This document shows positions 10,521 to 24,340 of a stretch of DNA of 64,000 nucleotides, in pieces. Source of the stretch: Lophium mytilinum (lineage: Eukaryota); NCBI GenBank assembly GCA_010093605.1, contig MU004191.1:852816-916815 (forward strand), read 5' to 3'. The translations under genes were made by a program, and so were the position numbers. The stretch's first letter is position 1. The number at the start of each line of letters is the position of its first letter. The notes under the pieces were generated by a model. The model saw nothing but the letters and a program-made list of their open reading frames with translations. It had not been told where the DNA came from and searched no databases.

Positions 10521-12849
10521 CTACGCCATATCATCCGCCTTAATCACAGGTACTCCTAGCCTCCCCCCGGTCGGAACCGCCGTCCCGCTCAACTCGGCTC
10601 TCTCGCCCGCCTTCCCAACCACCGCCCCATCTCTATCCGCTTCACTCACCCCGTGCTGCTCATCCATCTCTACCCTCTGCTGTGCTTCAAGCTCAGCCCT
10701 ATCACCTCTCCAATCCTGTCCATGGACCTCTGCTAGCGACGTCGGTGATAGCTCGTGCGGGTCCCCTTTAGCCTCCAGCTCCCACGGCAATTCCACCCCA
10801 GGCGCTTCGAGGGCGTGCTTGTTGTCGCCCACAGCTTCAAGTCGCTCACCAGTCGTCGGAGCTTCGTTCATAGGCGTCGCGGGGCGGCTTGGGGGTTTAG
10901 GGTGGCGCTTCCTGTAGATAAGATACGCGACGGCAAGGAGAACGGCGAAGCCAGCGATAGACCCAATAACTGCGCCGACAATCGTACCAGTGTGCGATTT
11001 CTTATGGGTTGTCTGGGGCGTAGCGGTCGCAGTCGGACCCAGGGTTGTTCTTGTTGCGCTCATCACAGCCGCCAACGCTGTGTTTCCATACCCTTTCTCC
11101 GGCGCTTTGAGTGTTGCGGCACCAAGGGGGTCACCGCCGATTGCGTTCACGATGGCGGGGGTGACGTTGTAGGCGGGTGCGTCTTCGATGAAGACGGTGC
11201 CCCATAGTGCGGCTGAGAGGTCATATATTGCGACGCCGCGGACTTCCCAGTCGCAATAGTCCGTGGTCTTGTTTAGAGATCCGCCAACGGTTAGGAGTTG
11301 GCGTTTCCCCGGGCCCACGATGTGGCAGGTATGACCCCAGCGAGGAGAGGATCCGGGGCCGTATATGAGGGTCCAGGTGAAGGAAGGGAGGGACAGAGCG
11401 TATATGTCGTCGAATAGTGTCATGTTGGAGGAGGTAGGATCGCGGCCGCCGTAGAGGTATCTGCGAGGGTTCAGAAGATGTCGCAAGGAGTCAAGAAGTC
11501 CGACTACGTAAGCGAGTACAAGATAAGGAGAAGTATGTACAAATTGAAGAAATGATGTAGTAAGAGTTGAGAAACGATGAATGGAGAAGTAAATGACATA
11601 GTATTGTACGTAGATAGCTAGCTACGTACATATTCTGGGACGAGTTATCTGGGGCAGAAGCGAGCACGACGCATGAATCGATCCGGGGAGGCGGTATGCT
11701 GCCCGTCGTGGCCTGAGTATACCAAGTCCCGTTGGTGGCTGGGGCTTCGAGGTACGAAGCAATATCAAAGACATCGACAGTATCGTATGTAGCCTAGCTG
11801 TATTAGGGCATGTCGAGGAAGGTTTCTGCTAACGTACGAGAGTTTGCGCTCTGAATGGCCCCGGGCCAGATTGATTGCGGTACGCGCCTCCCAAAGCGAC
11901 TAATATACCGCTTCGGCCAACGTCTGGTACATACTGCATACTTCCACCGACTCGAGGGTAAGTACTGTCGTTGAGTCCTGGAGTCGAGATGTTCGCAAAC
12001 GTTTGGTTGGTTAAATTTATGACGACCATCCCAGCGAGATTGAGAGTGTTATCACCGAGATCATTAGTTGTAAACCTAGTACCGTTATCGATCTGACCAT
12101 TCAGGTAGAACGCCAATCCTTGGTCCGGCGCTTCTGCAGAGAGACCATAATTTGGCTCTTCGTCGAGCGGACTTTCGGGGAACGGTGCCCATCGTTTGGC
12201 GTCAGTGTCGAAGGACCACAGCGGTGTTGCAGAGCTTTGCATCGCCTGCCAGCCTGGAAACGAAGTGTTGCCTGTGAAGGAAGTCCCGCCGAACGTCCAT
12301 ATGCGCGAGTCGTCCGCTGGACCTTGGTAGGAAGCGCCACGGATAAGACCGGTTTGGGGAGTAACACCGGTTGCTGCATTTACTGATTTGTTCAATTTTG
12401 CTTCCGTAATGTTTGTCCACCAATTCCAAGTCTGGTCGAGCAGGACTGTGATCGTATACAAGTCTTCTTCGTGTTAATATGGGCCAAGTAGGGCTGGCCG
12501 GTTGTCACTTACTGACTCCAATGGTGTTTGGAACATTAGTGCCTGGTAATGTTAGCCTGCTTGTAAGAAACAGGGAGCAAGTTACAAACCATTAGTGTAA
12601 TTGGCATTGTCTAGACGGAAAGTTTCAATGCCTCCATCAATATAGAGTGTATTATTCCTTATTGTTGCTGAGATTGTCAGGTGACGTTAAAATCAAGAGA
12701 TGGAATTGCCACAAACAGGAGTGCTGCCATCGTTCGCAGTGATTGTAAATTGGATCAAGCTGCGCAGCGCATACGCCTAGGAGAAGCAGAATAGCAATCT
12801 TAGAGAGAAAGAACGATCCTGACCCTCTATAGAGACTGGAAGTTTCCAT
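10521..12849 (-). CDS. Secreted/type-I membrane kelch-repeat (beta-propeller) protein, multi-exon
   Basis: Signal-like N-terminus (KIAILLLLGVCAA); kelch-like GG motifs (LYIDGG, IWTFGG, LVALGG, YLYGG, PRWGHTC, LLTVGG); TM helix IVGAVIGSIAGFAVLLAVAYLIY followed by RKR and a cytosolic tail. Confidence 0.85.
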
Positions 12850-15800
12850 GATCACGTGGGTGCGAAAGAGCAGGCTCCCTCCAGCCACGGCCCTTACCTG
12901 AGCAGCGGAAGCTCAAAGCTGACTGCTAGGGTATCGATTCGATGGCACCAATGCGAGCGATGTGGTTCGGATAGTCGTCTCTCAAAATAGCTCTCTGTAC
13001 CTGATCGTGAAGCATTTTTAGACACAGGAAAAGTCGGGGCATTGGGGGTTGGTGCGGGTTAACAATTCGCGGTGATTATGCGGGGGCGACCGGTCCAGAA
13101 ACGATCCACAGCGAAGGATGGCTACTTTTCAGCAATGGCTTGTAACAGTGAGTTTTAGCGGAGGTCGCTATGCAGTCGATCGCGGCGATTGCTCTCGAGC
13201 AGCAGTATTTGCTCGAAGATGGACCCAAGCTTGTCCCAAAGCCGTTAAGTATACCGATAGTCGCAGTCCAAGCTCCGCGCTACCCCGAAAGATCAGTAGG
13301 TGCATTATCGCCAGCTGAAAAATGAATGGACCCACGGTGTAACAAGGCGTGCTATATGCAAGGCTATTGGCGAGGACCCTGAGCACGGTAACGAGCTTTC
13401 AAGCCGTCCACGGCTGACTCATCTTACTCAGAAATGGCGAGGATGGGACAAGGACCGGAAGCTTGGGCCGAAGGCAAATCTTCGCTCCAAATTGCGCTAA
13501 GTACGGGAAGAGACCCTCGGATGACTTGTCTCCCGAGGCCTACAACACCTTGTCACAAATCTGTGTATTCGACGTCTGCCGCTGCTCGAAGCCCCGCGAT
13601 ACTTTCTCGGGGATTCGAATCTCATCTTTTGGCCATATTTGAAACATCTTTGAACCAGCTGGGCCTACTCGGGAAGTGGCTGGTGATAGTACTGTACGCA
13701 CGTGTACATGTGTCCCGTTACTCCAGATTTCTTTTGTTGCGTTGAAAAATCGTAAAATGTGGCAGAAAACTGTACACGAATCGATAACGAGGTTCTGTAA
13801 CTCTCGAATAATATGGCAGCAGCAGCTGTAGTGGCTGCATCGCATCATGTATCCTCTCGGCGGCGGTTTGGACGCTTTCAATATCTATGGGACCAGAAAG
13901 GGCCTTGGAAAACCCACTCGCTTGGCAATCGCTGTGTCTTTTCCTTTCTTTGATCTTTGAAACATCTAGATGCCTCTTTAGTCTCTAGACCTAGGGCCAG
14001 TCTTTGTGGCTGATTTTTCTAAGTTCCGTCTACAGTAAGTACTTCTGGAACCAGGATACTCAGGAGACGGAAAGTAGATTGCAGTAGTCTCAAGATCTGT
14101 GATAAGCTCTGGGTAGGGCCTCAATCAAGAAGCGCCATTTCGGGATCCAAGAGGGCACCGCGTCCGAACTATTGATAGGCAGAGCTCAATTCAGAGAAAG
14201 GACATGAACTCACCACGCCAGTTGCGATCCCCCCTCGGTTACAAATGGAATGCCTTCAATAAAATCGCGACGAGAGAAGAGCCGGCTAGACAGTCGGACG
14301 ACATACGCGTCTAAACAATGTGGAGAGGAAACCGAGAAACATCTCGGAAGAGAGAAAAACAGTGATATTGACTACAGCATTCGACGCAACCCTCAATGAG
14401 ACTATAGTTATGGGACTGGATGCTGCGAGCAAACACAGAAGAGTACCAAGCGATGTTTAGAGGAGATCGGACGTTGAAGAAAGGTATAGCTATATTTAGC
14501 GCGGAGAAAATGACGGACCGGAAGCTGACATATCTCAACTTCAATCCTACATCACTTTCCTTGTGAGATCCTTTCGAATATCAGACCTGTTAGTATTTGC
14601 CAGTCATCAGTATGTATCAGGAGCATAAGGAAATGCCACTACAGCAGCAAGCTGTTGATTTTGCATCTACCAGAAGAAAGGAGACGGCGGCACATGCGTG
14701 AGTGTGATTTCCAACGTTCTCTGTAAGATTAGCGTGGTACACATTGTGACAGCTACGTCAAGACTTTCTCCTAAGTGATCGGGAAGAAGTCCGGTTCTGG
14801 CTACGCTTCAAAAGAGTAACCATGGCATGTAGGTTTGTTTCACCTACGTAATCCGTAATCGCATGGGTCGAGGGAACTTGTCCTTCTCTTTCTCGATGCC
14901 TTGTCGATAGGCCCCGATCGTGACGAGCAGTTCGGAGTCATTTCAAGAGCTAGCGCATTAAAGAAGTAAAGATAGAATTGACAGTTAGCCAAACTACTAA
15001 CCTTTATATCTTTCCGGTTTTACTGTCCTCCGTCACAACGTCCTGCCGTATTCACAACAGGGAGCTTAAATGGCTGGGCATATAGCCAAGTGATCTGGCG
15101 AGCTATCATCATACACGAAGTCGTTGGCAAATAGACTCACAAGATCATAAACACCGCACACGTCTGGTACTTGCCTCTTTACGACTGCCACCGGGACATA
15201 AATCGAGATGGACCTTTTAGGGCTTGATACCGCTCCGCCGCTAGTTAATGAGCATCATCGACAATGATGGTTAGCGTGCACGTTGTCGGCGACGTAGTTG
15301 CTAATAGCAGTTTTCATAAGGTCCACCACGGCCCACCACGCCACCATGTCGCCGGATGCTGGGGTCGGTAGTCAGAACTCCTGTAACAGGGATTAGCATC
15401 ATCTCAGTGCCTTTGAAATGTTGTGCTTATACGCACGCTGAACTGGGTCTCAAGGACACCGTCAAGTAGCTGATGTGTATCCTTGTATAGCCCTTGGAGG
15501 CCAGCAACGAGCGTCGTATTCTGGATTCCGGCGTTAAGCAGCGGCCGCAACCACAGGCTTCAAGTTTGAATAGGAGGCCTTCGCCATCTGGGGTTCGATT
15601 CCAGGCGCTGTGAACCACGGAAGTGCCCGTCTGCAGCTTCCACGTCGCTCGTCAGGACAGTCTTACCAGAGATCTTACTGAATGTTACCTTATTGTCTCT
15701 CGAAAATATTAATCGTGAGATTGATGAAGTTAACTTCCTCACGCATTCAAACATCCTCAACACGACTCTGTCAAGCTCCATCGAACGTTAGCTAAGTGCC

Positions 15801-16432
15801 AGTCTATGAATAGCATGTTCCACTCTTAGACTTCCAACTCTAAATCATACTCTCTCTACGCTCTTTGCATACACTTGCGTCGCACTGATTGAGGCCTTTT
15901 GGTATATGAAAGCAAGCCAACTGTTTCTGTCGTTCTGAAAACGCTCCGGGTCAATGCGACGGTGTTGACCTACCATTGCCTGGTCAAGAACGTCTGACTA
16001 TTTACACCTTGCGCTATCTCCTTTCCGAGCAATACTCTCCGATTGGTTAGCCAGCAATGTGGATTCTAGTGCTAAGCTGCATTAGGTTAACCGTCTCCTA
16101 TTGGCCAGCCTCAAACCCCTCAACCTACTTTTACATAGCTCAATGCCCTTCATGACGCCTCGACAAGGGCGAACAGGGCCATCGTTCGGACTTAACTATC
16201 AGTTTACCACGGAATTTGCTAAAGGCCGCTCGATAGCCTGTCCATCATCCTACCGACGCCGGTTTCCCTTATTGCTTAAAGTGCCCATCAAACAATATAT
16301 AAAGCCTCGGCCACTCCATCCTGAAAGTACTCAAGCAAGCACTTTCATACCTGCATCTATCTTTCGATTCGCCTTACAGTCTTCCATACCTTGAACTGGA
16401 CGAACCCTTTCAAACAATCAATCTATTCAGCC

Positions 16433-17554
16433 ATGTCCGCCGACGTTGCCACCCAACCCCTCAACCTTCCTCTCTACGCCACCACTGAGAAGTGCTCAGG
16501 CGGCACCTACATCGTCACAGGCGCCAACACCGGTCTCGGCTTCGAAGCGGCCAAACATCTCGTAGCCCTCGGCTCCGCCAAAGTTATCTTAGGCGTCCGC
16601 AACCTCGCCGCAGGTGAAGAAGCCAAAGCCAAGATCGAGGCCGCAACCGGAATCACCAACGTGGCCGAAGTATGGGAGCTCAACCTTTCTAGTTACGATT
16701 CCGTCAAGTCGTTCGCAAAGAAAGCGATTGCAGAGCTGGATCGCATCGATGCGCTCATCGAGAACGCCGCCGTCGCCGGGAGTCAGAGAGTTATCGCGGA
16801 AGGGCATTTGCAGAGCATTACTGTTAATGTGCTTAGTACGCTTTTGCTTGGTGTACTTCTGCTGCCAAAGTTGAAGGAGAGCGCGAAGCAGTATGGTATC
16901 GTTCCGCATCTCGTCATCGTCTCGAGCGGAGTTAGCTTCGACTACAAGGACGGATGGGCGAAGATCAAAGATGATCCATTGGTGAAGGCGGATGCGTTTG
17001 AAGACGCTGCTATTATGCAACAGTAGGGAGCCTCCAAAGGAAAATGCCACTGTCTTCCTAGTCCCAGCTGACACCGAGCTCCCTAGATATCCCTTGTCGA
17101 AGCTCCTAGAGGTCTTCGCGATTCGTGAGCTGGCAAGCTTGCTCCCACTATCTCGTACCGGAGTCGTAATGAACCTTGTGTGCCCCGGCCTCTGCAAGAC
17201 TGACCTCGCTCGAAACGCTCCCCCTGCTTTCCGCGAGACTATCGCTGCCATGCATGCGAAGTCTGGGCGCACCGCCGAGGACGGCAGCCGGACGCTATTG
17301 CATGGTGCAGTTGCTGGCCCCGAGAGCCACGGATGCTTCCTTAGCGATTGCAAGATTGCTCAGTGAGTCGGCACCTATGATTTTGTTCGCTTAACTCTCC
17401 GGATTCATGCTGATCTAGCTGTGATTGAAGGCAAAAGGTGCCCAGTTGGGTGACCGATGAAGAAGGAAGCGCTTCACAGAAGCATACCTGGGAACTTATT
17501 GCCAGTGAGCTAGAGGCTACGGAGCCAGGTTGTGTGAAGAATATCCTGCAGTGA
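16433..17554 (+). CDS. Short-chain dehydrogenase/reductase (retinol dehydrogenase-like), 3 exons
   Basis: TGANTGLG Rossmann motif, LIENAA, YPLSK catalytic YxxxK, VCPGLCKTDL; TATA-like TATATAAA at ~16297. Confidence 0.92.
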
Positions 17555-17666
17555 TGGTGCATTGTCGCATATCAACTCGCTATTAGAGTACTTTTTGAAG
17601 TCGTCGAGACGATAAGGCGTCAAAACCGTATCAATTCTGTAGCAGCCACTAGAAGGTTTTTGATTC

Positions 17667-19223
17667 CTAGGAAGCTCTCTTGTAAAGTAATTGACCTGGG
17701 TTGTCGTGAACAGCGCCAACCCAAGGGAATTTGATAAGCGTCCGGCGTACATCGTCCCAGGTGTGAAGGCTTAGAGCGTCTCTTGTCCGGACTATTTTTG
17801 GATCTAGCCATGCATCATCAATTTGCTTGAAAACCGAAACTCCTCCGATGAACAGCACCCAAAGTAGCAACTCGTGGCTCTCTTCCTCATCTTCAAGCTC
17901 CTCTTTGGCAGCTGAATGAGCTAATTGCGAGAGAAGTGGAATCTCCACGATCCTGCGGTCAAGTCGCCTTAAGAGCGTCATGAGGAATAAGGCTAGTCCC
18001 AGATGCACAATGTTGATTAGAGGGCTGGTGGAGCGTGGTCCTCCTAAAGGGCGTATACGAACGAGGCGATATCCTAGCAATATGAGAGTGTCATGAAATA
18101 TCTGCGAGTTCAATGCTGATCGGCATCCATCGCTTGCGTCGTTGAGCAGCTGCGCGAGATAAACCATATCTACGAGGAGATCCTGGAGCTCAGTGCTCAG
18201 TTGTTTGAAAAGCTTAGTATCGAGGACATTAGGATGGTGTCGTCCGCTATCCTGGTGTTTGAAGCTGCTGGCAAGCCCGACGACGGCAGTACTAGTGGGG
18301 ATGATGTCCTCGATGCTGAAACGTGTTGCAGAGCCCAGAAAGAGAGCGTACTCGAGTTCGGCACTTTTCGGAAGTATTAGCGTCATTCTATGGAACGAAT
18401 CGTGATTCGTGTAGATGACAAAAATTACCTGAAAATCTTTTTAGCTATCCCAGGAGCGTCCCTTGTGAGCTTGCAGATCCCACCTCGCAGCTCGACCATC
18501 CGATGAAGCCCTTCTAGGTGAACGAGGCCTTGGCAGTACCGATTTTGTATGCGCTCATATTGAGTTAACAACAGTACTACCGCAATAGTTGTGTTAGAAA
18601 CCGTGTCCTTTCCTGATAGCCTTTCGTTGACCAGGCGGAACGTGCATGATAGGTGGCGCAGAGCCTCAGCGGGTTCTTCCTGCTTTGTGACCAGGTTATT
18701 CAAGGCTATAGTTGACACGGCTACAGCACAATGAAAGCCTAGGTTGGTGTTATTAGAGTATGTAAGGATGCATGATACAGTTTGAAAATGTGAGAAGGTA
18801 GTACGCACAGGCTTCGTCCAGGAACATAAATTGTACCCACATCGCAGAAGCACCTGTGGAATCAATCGCATCACTCAACTCGGGTACGTGACGAGGCGCG
18901 CTGATAAAGGAAAATGCTCTCTGGACGAGGTGTTTGGACCCAGGAGGCTGTTCTGGAAAAGAGAGAACGGACAACCAATCACCAATCAGCTTTGGGGTTC
19001 CAGGAACCATATCTTTGGTGCATTCCAAGTCGTACGTATGCTCGGAGATCTTCGGGATATGAATTATAGCTTTTGAAGTCTCAGGTCTTCGTTCAAAGGC
19101 CTTGATTCTCGAAGGCCGCACAATCTTTCTACCGACATTCTTCCCCATGGCAACATGGCTGCGAATCCGTCTTCTTGTAGCTCGGTCGATGGAAGCATTG
19201 CTATCGATAAATTGGAAAGGCAT
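17667..19223 (-). CDS. Fungal transcription-factor-like protein (Fungal_trans_2/DUF3468-type), 3 exons
   Basis: MPFQFIDSNASIDRATRRRIRSHVAMGKN N-terminus, HLEGLHRMVELRGG motif, LLLWVLFIGG and W-x-DVR-x-L-x-FPW C-terminal motifs typical of this family; no Zn2Cys6 cluster visible. Confidence 0.75.
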
Positions 19224-19883
19224 GGTTGGTAGTGCTGTTCATCAGGCTCATTCGTGTTCCCAGCAGCGTGGAGGTATGGATGTACGAGGTGCAGAAACGG
19301 ATTTAGCGGGTTTAGTAGAATGAGCTAGCTCTGTGCGACACAACTCTGGCCTGAATTCCAGATACTCCCGTTAGGTTGAGATGACCTTTTCTTTGCCGAA
19401 AATTCTTTCAGTCCTGTGATGAAGAGCAATTATGAAGAATGAGGTCAGAGGATAGAGGGGATTCATCCGAGCTGATCAGTCATTGCGCACGTGACTACCA
19501 TCAGTCCAACCTCCACAACTATCCCAGCAGTCTATATCTGTGGCCCCCTCCCTACTTACACAGGTTCTATTTATGGGTTTGATTGTTTGATATTGCCTTG
19601 TGTTTATAAGATTGCATTTTCCGAGCTGTCAATCGCGTATTTCCGCATTAGGACATAAGTTTATAGCTAGCTGTTGCCGTCGAAGATGGTTCAATACCAA
19701 TTGAGTGAATTAGGCAAATTACTTGAACCCGCGCTATAAGGTCCATGCGTGCGTATTATATTACTGCTTTCGCCGCTCCAAAATTAGTAGCACTGAACTT
19801 CTCAACGTAAAGCCTGAGCGCAGTGAGACATATCTGAGAAATTCACCTTTCCTATCAACAACTTATAAAGCAAGCCCGCATTA

Positions 19884-21197
19884 ATGGAATCCTCGAACAC
19901 GAACATTGGCCCACTAACTACACCTACCAGACCACCATCAACCCTAGGCTACTTTGACTCAGAGGTCTGTCCGCGCACTTCGCGCATAACGCCGCATCCA
20001 AGGAAATCACTTGAATCACTTCAGCGCATCATGGCGACCACGAGCACAAGTTTAGTCGGAACCATTGTCTCCGAGTCTTCAGATCACAACATCCTCGGAA
20101 AGCTCATGAGATTGAACATTCTTGAGCACACTCGGCAGGAGAGAGAAAAGCACCATGCTGAACAGGCTATGATTGCAGCCACTCGCAATGCCACTCAAAG
20201 TTGTTTCTACCAACTACCTGCGGAGCTCATCCTCACGGTCGCTGATGTTCTGACAACTCCATCGCTAATCAGCCTTCGAGGAACATGCTTGAAGCTACGT
20301 GAGATAGTCAAGCAACCCCCGATGATCCAAGCAGATGAACGCCACGAAATACGACACATTCTCCGCCGCGACGCATACACGAGCTACTGTAACTCTACGA
20401 ATGAAAACCGGATCGGAATGAGGAAGAAAGGTTGCAGCTTCTGCAAGACCACACATCAGCTTCACATGTTCACCGCCGCGGAGCTCAGAAATCCACCATC
20501 TCAACGCCTCTGCCGGGGCAGCTCCGGCTCCATAAAGCTCTGCAAACACATGAACCTCGGTCTCGAGGATCTTCAGAAATTGAAGTTCAACCAAAGCTTC
20601 GATTGCAGGCACTTGGATCATGGCTTTGACAACGACCATCCTCGGATCTGCTGCGGCACGGGCCACATATCCAGAACCTCGACCTGGGCGTTGACATCAG
20701 ACTACAACGTCCGCATTTGCACCATAACGCGCTTGGCTCCCTTAACACGAGGACATTTGGAGAGAGCTTTCGTTAGGATGAAAAGGCTGCTGTATTTCTG
20801 TCCCCACATGCCGGTGACCGACTGCATGTTCAAATTGTATGAGCAGGTGGATTGCCGGTTCATGAATGGGTTTAGTCATTCCACGCCCAACGGATTAGGA
20901 TGCCGACATTGTGGCGACTCGGTTAGCTGTGAAGCCAAGGGTTGTTCGACGAGGTGTGTTCTGTTTCGTTGGCGCAATCACCTGACGGGACTGGACGAGA
21001 TCACGCTGAAAGTGACGAGAGGGTTTGGGCGAGGGGAGGCGACGGATCTGGAATGGCTTGCGCAATTAGATCCAAGCTCGAGTGTATTGACGGCTGATGT
21101 CTCACTCACGCGAAAGGTCTTAGGGGCTCTGGGAATGCTGGCGTTGCGCTCTCGATCAGCGAGTAGTGATCCGTGGATAGCTTCGAGGTGGTGCTAG
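19884..21197 (+). CDS. F-box domain protein with Cys/His-rich C-terminal region
   Basis: FYQLPAELILTVADVLTTPSLISLRGTCLKLR fits the F-box consensus; multiple CxxC/CxH motifs downstream; intronless ORF, start Met uncertain. Confidence 0.75.
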   Translation: MESSNTNIGPLTTPTRPPSTLGYFDSEVCPRTSRITPHPRKSLESLQRIMATTSTSLVGTIVSESSDHNILGKLMRLNILEHTRQEREKHHAEQAMIAATRNATQSCFYQLPAELILTVADVLTTPSLISLRGTCLKLREIVKQPPMIQADERHEIRHILRRDAYTSYCNSTNENRIGMRKKGCSFCKTTHQLHMFTAAELRNPPSQRLCRGSSGSIKLCKHMNLGLEDLQKLKFNQSFDCRHLDHGFDNDHPRICCGTGHISRTSTWALTSDYNVRICTITRLAPLTRGHLERAFVRMKRLLYFCPHMPVTDCMFKLYEQVDCRFMNGFSHSTPNGLGCRHCGDSVSCEAKGCSTRCVLFRWRNHLTGLDEITLKVTRGFGRGEATDLEWLAQLDPSSSVLTADVSLTRKVLGALGMLALRSRSASSDPWIASRWC

Positions 21198-23461
21198 CCC
21201 ATCCAGTAGCGCATGGATACCTTACTTTCCTGCTGTCTGCGAGAAGTTTCATCAGTGTCGACGATACTCTAGAATACAGCTGTGCATGAGCATAGACCGC
21301 GTAATGGAACAAATGCGGACTTCTTTTCTTATGTCCAGCATGAAGCTGTTCACAGTGGACTAGATTGTCTTAAGCCATCCTCAGAAACGAGCTGCAAGTC
21401 AATAGAAGTTTAGAAGCATATTGGGGTGTGGAGCTTTCTTGTTCTAGACGTCTCGGTGTATTCTCCTGTCTGTCGCGTGTACCCGATTTCAAGCAGATCC
21501 ACACCCGCTTCCTTCTAATATTACATCTTAGTAACAACGGCACCATTGACGTGCAAATGTTCCTCTTCGCTTCTATTAAGTCTTGGAAACATTTCTGGTT
21601 CCCACACTAAGGCGGTTGTAAAATGAAAGTCCTTGCACATGATTCTAGGAGAAGGACGCAGACTCGAGAAGATGGGCCCTCGTGGCTACTAGTTCTGGGT
21701 CAAGAGAATGATACTAGTTGCCAGTTAGTCAAGCCGAAGATGGAGGGAGTAGAATCACGGAATGTCGACTAACGGTGGAGTTTCCGGCGACCCTTCTTCT
21801 CCTTCGCCCTCCGGGTGAGCGAACACTTGATCTATGATAGCTCCCGAGTCCATATTTGTAGCGCTTGGTGCGATTGCGGAGGCACAACGAGGTAGATTCC
21901 CGTAGTAGTTTGAAAAGAGGATTTCGGTAAATACGAAGATAAAGCAGGTTTCTTGTGAAGTGAAGGACCGCACGCCGCAAGCGAAGGACTCAAAACAACG
22001 AAGCAGTGTGATTCTCCACCGACTCCATCTTCAACATTTTTGTTAAAGTTTGCCTCGCTATTTGTTATGTGCCGAAGGCTATATCACCAAGTTCCCCTAT
22101 ATCGTGTCTCCTGACCTTGCTCTACAGTTCTCCCTTCTAGGCGTGAAGCCGCGAGTGAGCGCGTACGTAAGCCCACGTGACATGTCAGTGCTAAGAATAC
22201 CTACACTACTCACAAGCACGAGGCGCGCCAAGAGGTCTGAAGCTGAGATTTCAACGTGAACTAGCGTTGGAAGTGAGGCTGAGTTGATGCCGGGAGAGCC
22301 GAGATAGCTGCCAAACTTTTGTCTTGGGCCGGCTTTCGATTTGCTTCAGTGGCAATAAAAGCTAAGCAACCGAGCACTAGACTGATCTATTACCTATTCA
22401 GGAAGTTGTAGTACTGTGTAAGGTACAGCGTATACATTTTGGGGACTATCGAATTGTAATTGGAGTGTTGGACGCGCACTTAGTGTTTCGGTCAGATCAT
22501 TGGCGAGGACTTGGACTTCGAGACTGCGGATGACCTACATGAAATGGACCAAAGAAATAGGTTCCATGGCCCCATTCGCAGGTCTACCAACTGTGAGTAT
22601 ACGACTTCATCATCCCATCGTCGTGATTTCATTGCTGAAGCCTATGTCTTTTCCACAAAGCATACGATTACTCCGCTGAATACGTTCTCGTTCGCAAAGC
22701 CTCGGGAATACTAATTACACGCCCGAGTCCTAGAGAGGTACGTCACCATTGCAATAGATGCACTCGCCTATAGTCTTACTATCGTTTCAAAGGCTTAGAA
22801 ACCATACGATGTAGTACTCCATTGGCTCGCAGTCCCTTCTCCTCGCCGCTAAGACCTTCTAAGGCACCGCCTGACCTGCGAAGAGATCGAAGCACGGAGG
22901 AGCAGACGGAAACGAAGCGGGAAGTAAGCTTGACCGTTGTTTTTGGCCTACTAAAGATTGTTGTGTAATGCTGTACTGAGATTTAGGACTCGGGATACAC
23001 CTAGTTGCTTGAAATGGGCTCGCTCTTTACACCTGTCCACTGCCTGATATGCTTTGGCATTTTTTTCAGAATTCATTGGGGACGCGAGCGTGTCCAACTC
23101 CGATACCGTGAGCGGGGCCTTATGAGATAGCGCGGCGATATATGAGGTTGGTAGAACCGATCTGGGATGCCCTTCTGGGATCCGGAAAAGATGCTGGAAA
23201 ATCACAGGCCGTAGCAGACAAGTAATCTGAGACTGACGAGACAGTGAACAGAGGCTCCAAAATGGCAGTAAATCCCTAGTTGGAAGCATCAAGTGAATCC
23301 ATCCCCAGGCCTTGGGCTCGATCCACTCACCGTATTTATATTCAGCTCCACTCAACACACAAGGAGAACCATCGAAGTCTATTGTAACACGACCACCACC
23401 CACCACCAAATCAAATACTCGGACCAGACAATTCAACCCTCATTTCTTACGGCTTTCCAAG

Positions 23462-24340
23462 ATGTTCGGGAAAAAGAAAGCCCCTGCGAACATGGAGGAG
23501 CTTAAGAAGATGGTTGCATCTCTCAATCTACCTTGCACGTGCCCAGACTGCAATCCAGGGGCCTACAATCCACAACAAGTATGCCATACCCATCAAGAGA
23601 TACGCCTCGACAAAGATCCAAAGAGCAACGTGTCCGTCCCCGTGCTGGTTCCGAGGTCATACGAGCCGATGTACTTGGTCGATCGAACCATCGAGTATAT
23701 AAACCGCGAAAGCACCCAACCATACCAGCTCCAAAAGGATGCCCGCCAACGTTTGAGAGTGCTATTCTTGGAGACAGATATGATGGCCAATCTTTATGCA
23801 AAGAACATCAAGAACTTCGTCTCGTTGAAGGACCTTCAGCACATCTTCGGCATATTCAATGATCTGTACTTCTTCGGAGCCATGAAGAACGTCCGGATCG
23901 AATACAAAAACCGTGTTTGGGCTGCTATTGGACCCGAATACACAGGCTTTGCGGACACGCCAAGTTCCGGGCGACAACGCTCGATTGTGAAGATAGATCC
24001 AATCCAACACCATCGCTTGTATCCCAGAAAATGCGGCCACGAGGTCTTGAACACGCTCCTGCATGAGGCCTTGCACTGCTTCCTCGATCAGTTCAAGTCC
24101 CCTCGTTGCAAGGATAAGCAATGCGGGTTTTGCAGCAAGAGAGTCGAGAATATTGGACCGGAGGGGCATGGAAGAGCCTGGCAAATTATCGCTGCCAAGC
24201 TTGAAAAAGCTATACTCGGCAACTGGACACTGGGATGGCGTTTGGATATGGGAAGATCGACCGGCTTTCTCCATGACTTGGACCATAAAGGGGGGCAAAT
24301 GCCAAGTCTTCATGATATGACTGCTTGGGGGTTTGACTAA
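23462..24340 (+). CDS. SprT-like zinc metalloprotease (zincin), paralog A
   Basis: FNDLYFFG, TLLHEALHCFL (HExxH), downstream GHG third ligand, N-terminal CTCPDC; intronless. Confidence 0.8.
   Translation: MFGKKKAPANMEELKKMVASLNLPCTCPDCNPGAYNPQQVCHTHQEIRLDKDPKSNVSVPVLVPRSYEPMYLVDRTIEYINRESTQPYQLQKDARQRLRVLFLETDMMANLYAKNIKNFVSLKDLQHIFGIFNDLYFFGAMKNVRIEYKNRVWAAIGPEYTGFADTPSSGRQRSIVKIDPIQHHRLYPRKCGHEVLNTLLHEALHCFLDQFKSPRCKDKQCGFCSKRVENIGPEGHGRAWQIIAAKLEKAILGNWTLGWRLDMGRSTGFLHDLDHKGGQMPSLHDMTAWGFD

Noticed and set aside
15528..15613. tRNA-like fragment with CAGGCTTCAAG (reminiscent of the tRNA-Sec anticodon arm) and GGTTCGATTCC
   Set aside because: The T-stem is out of register, the anticodon stem is mostly G-U pairs, there is no convincing D-arm or A-box, and ascomycetes are not known to use Sec. 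At best a decayed relic.
21300..23300. Possible pseudogene fragments between the F-box and SprT-like genes
   Set aside because: Only short ORFs with no recognisable homology, including no third SprT-like copy.
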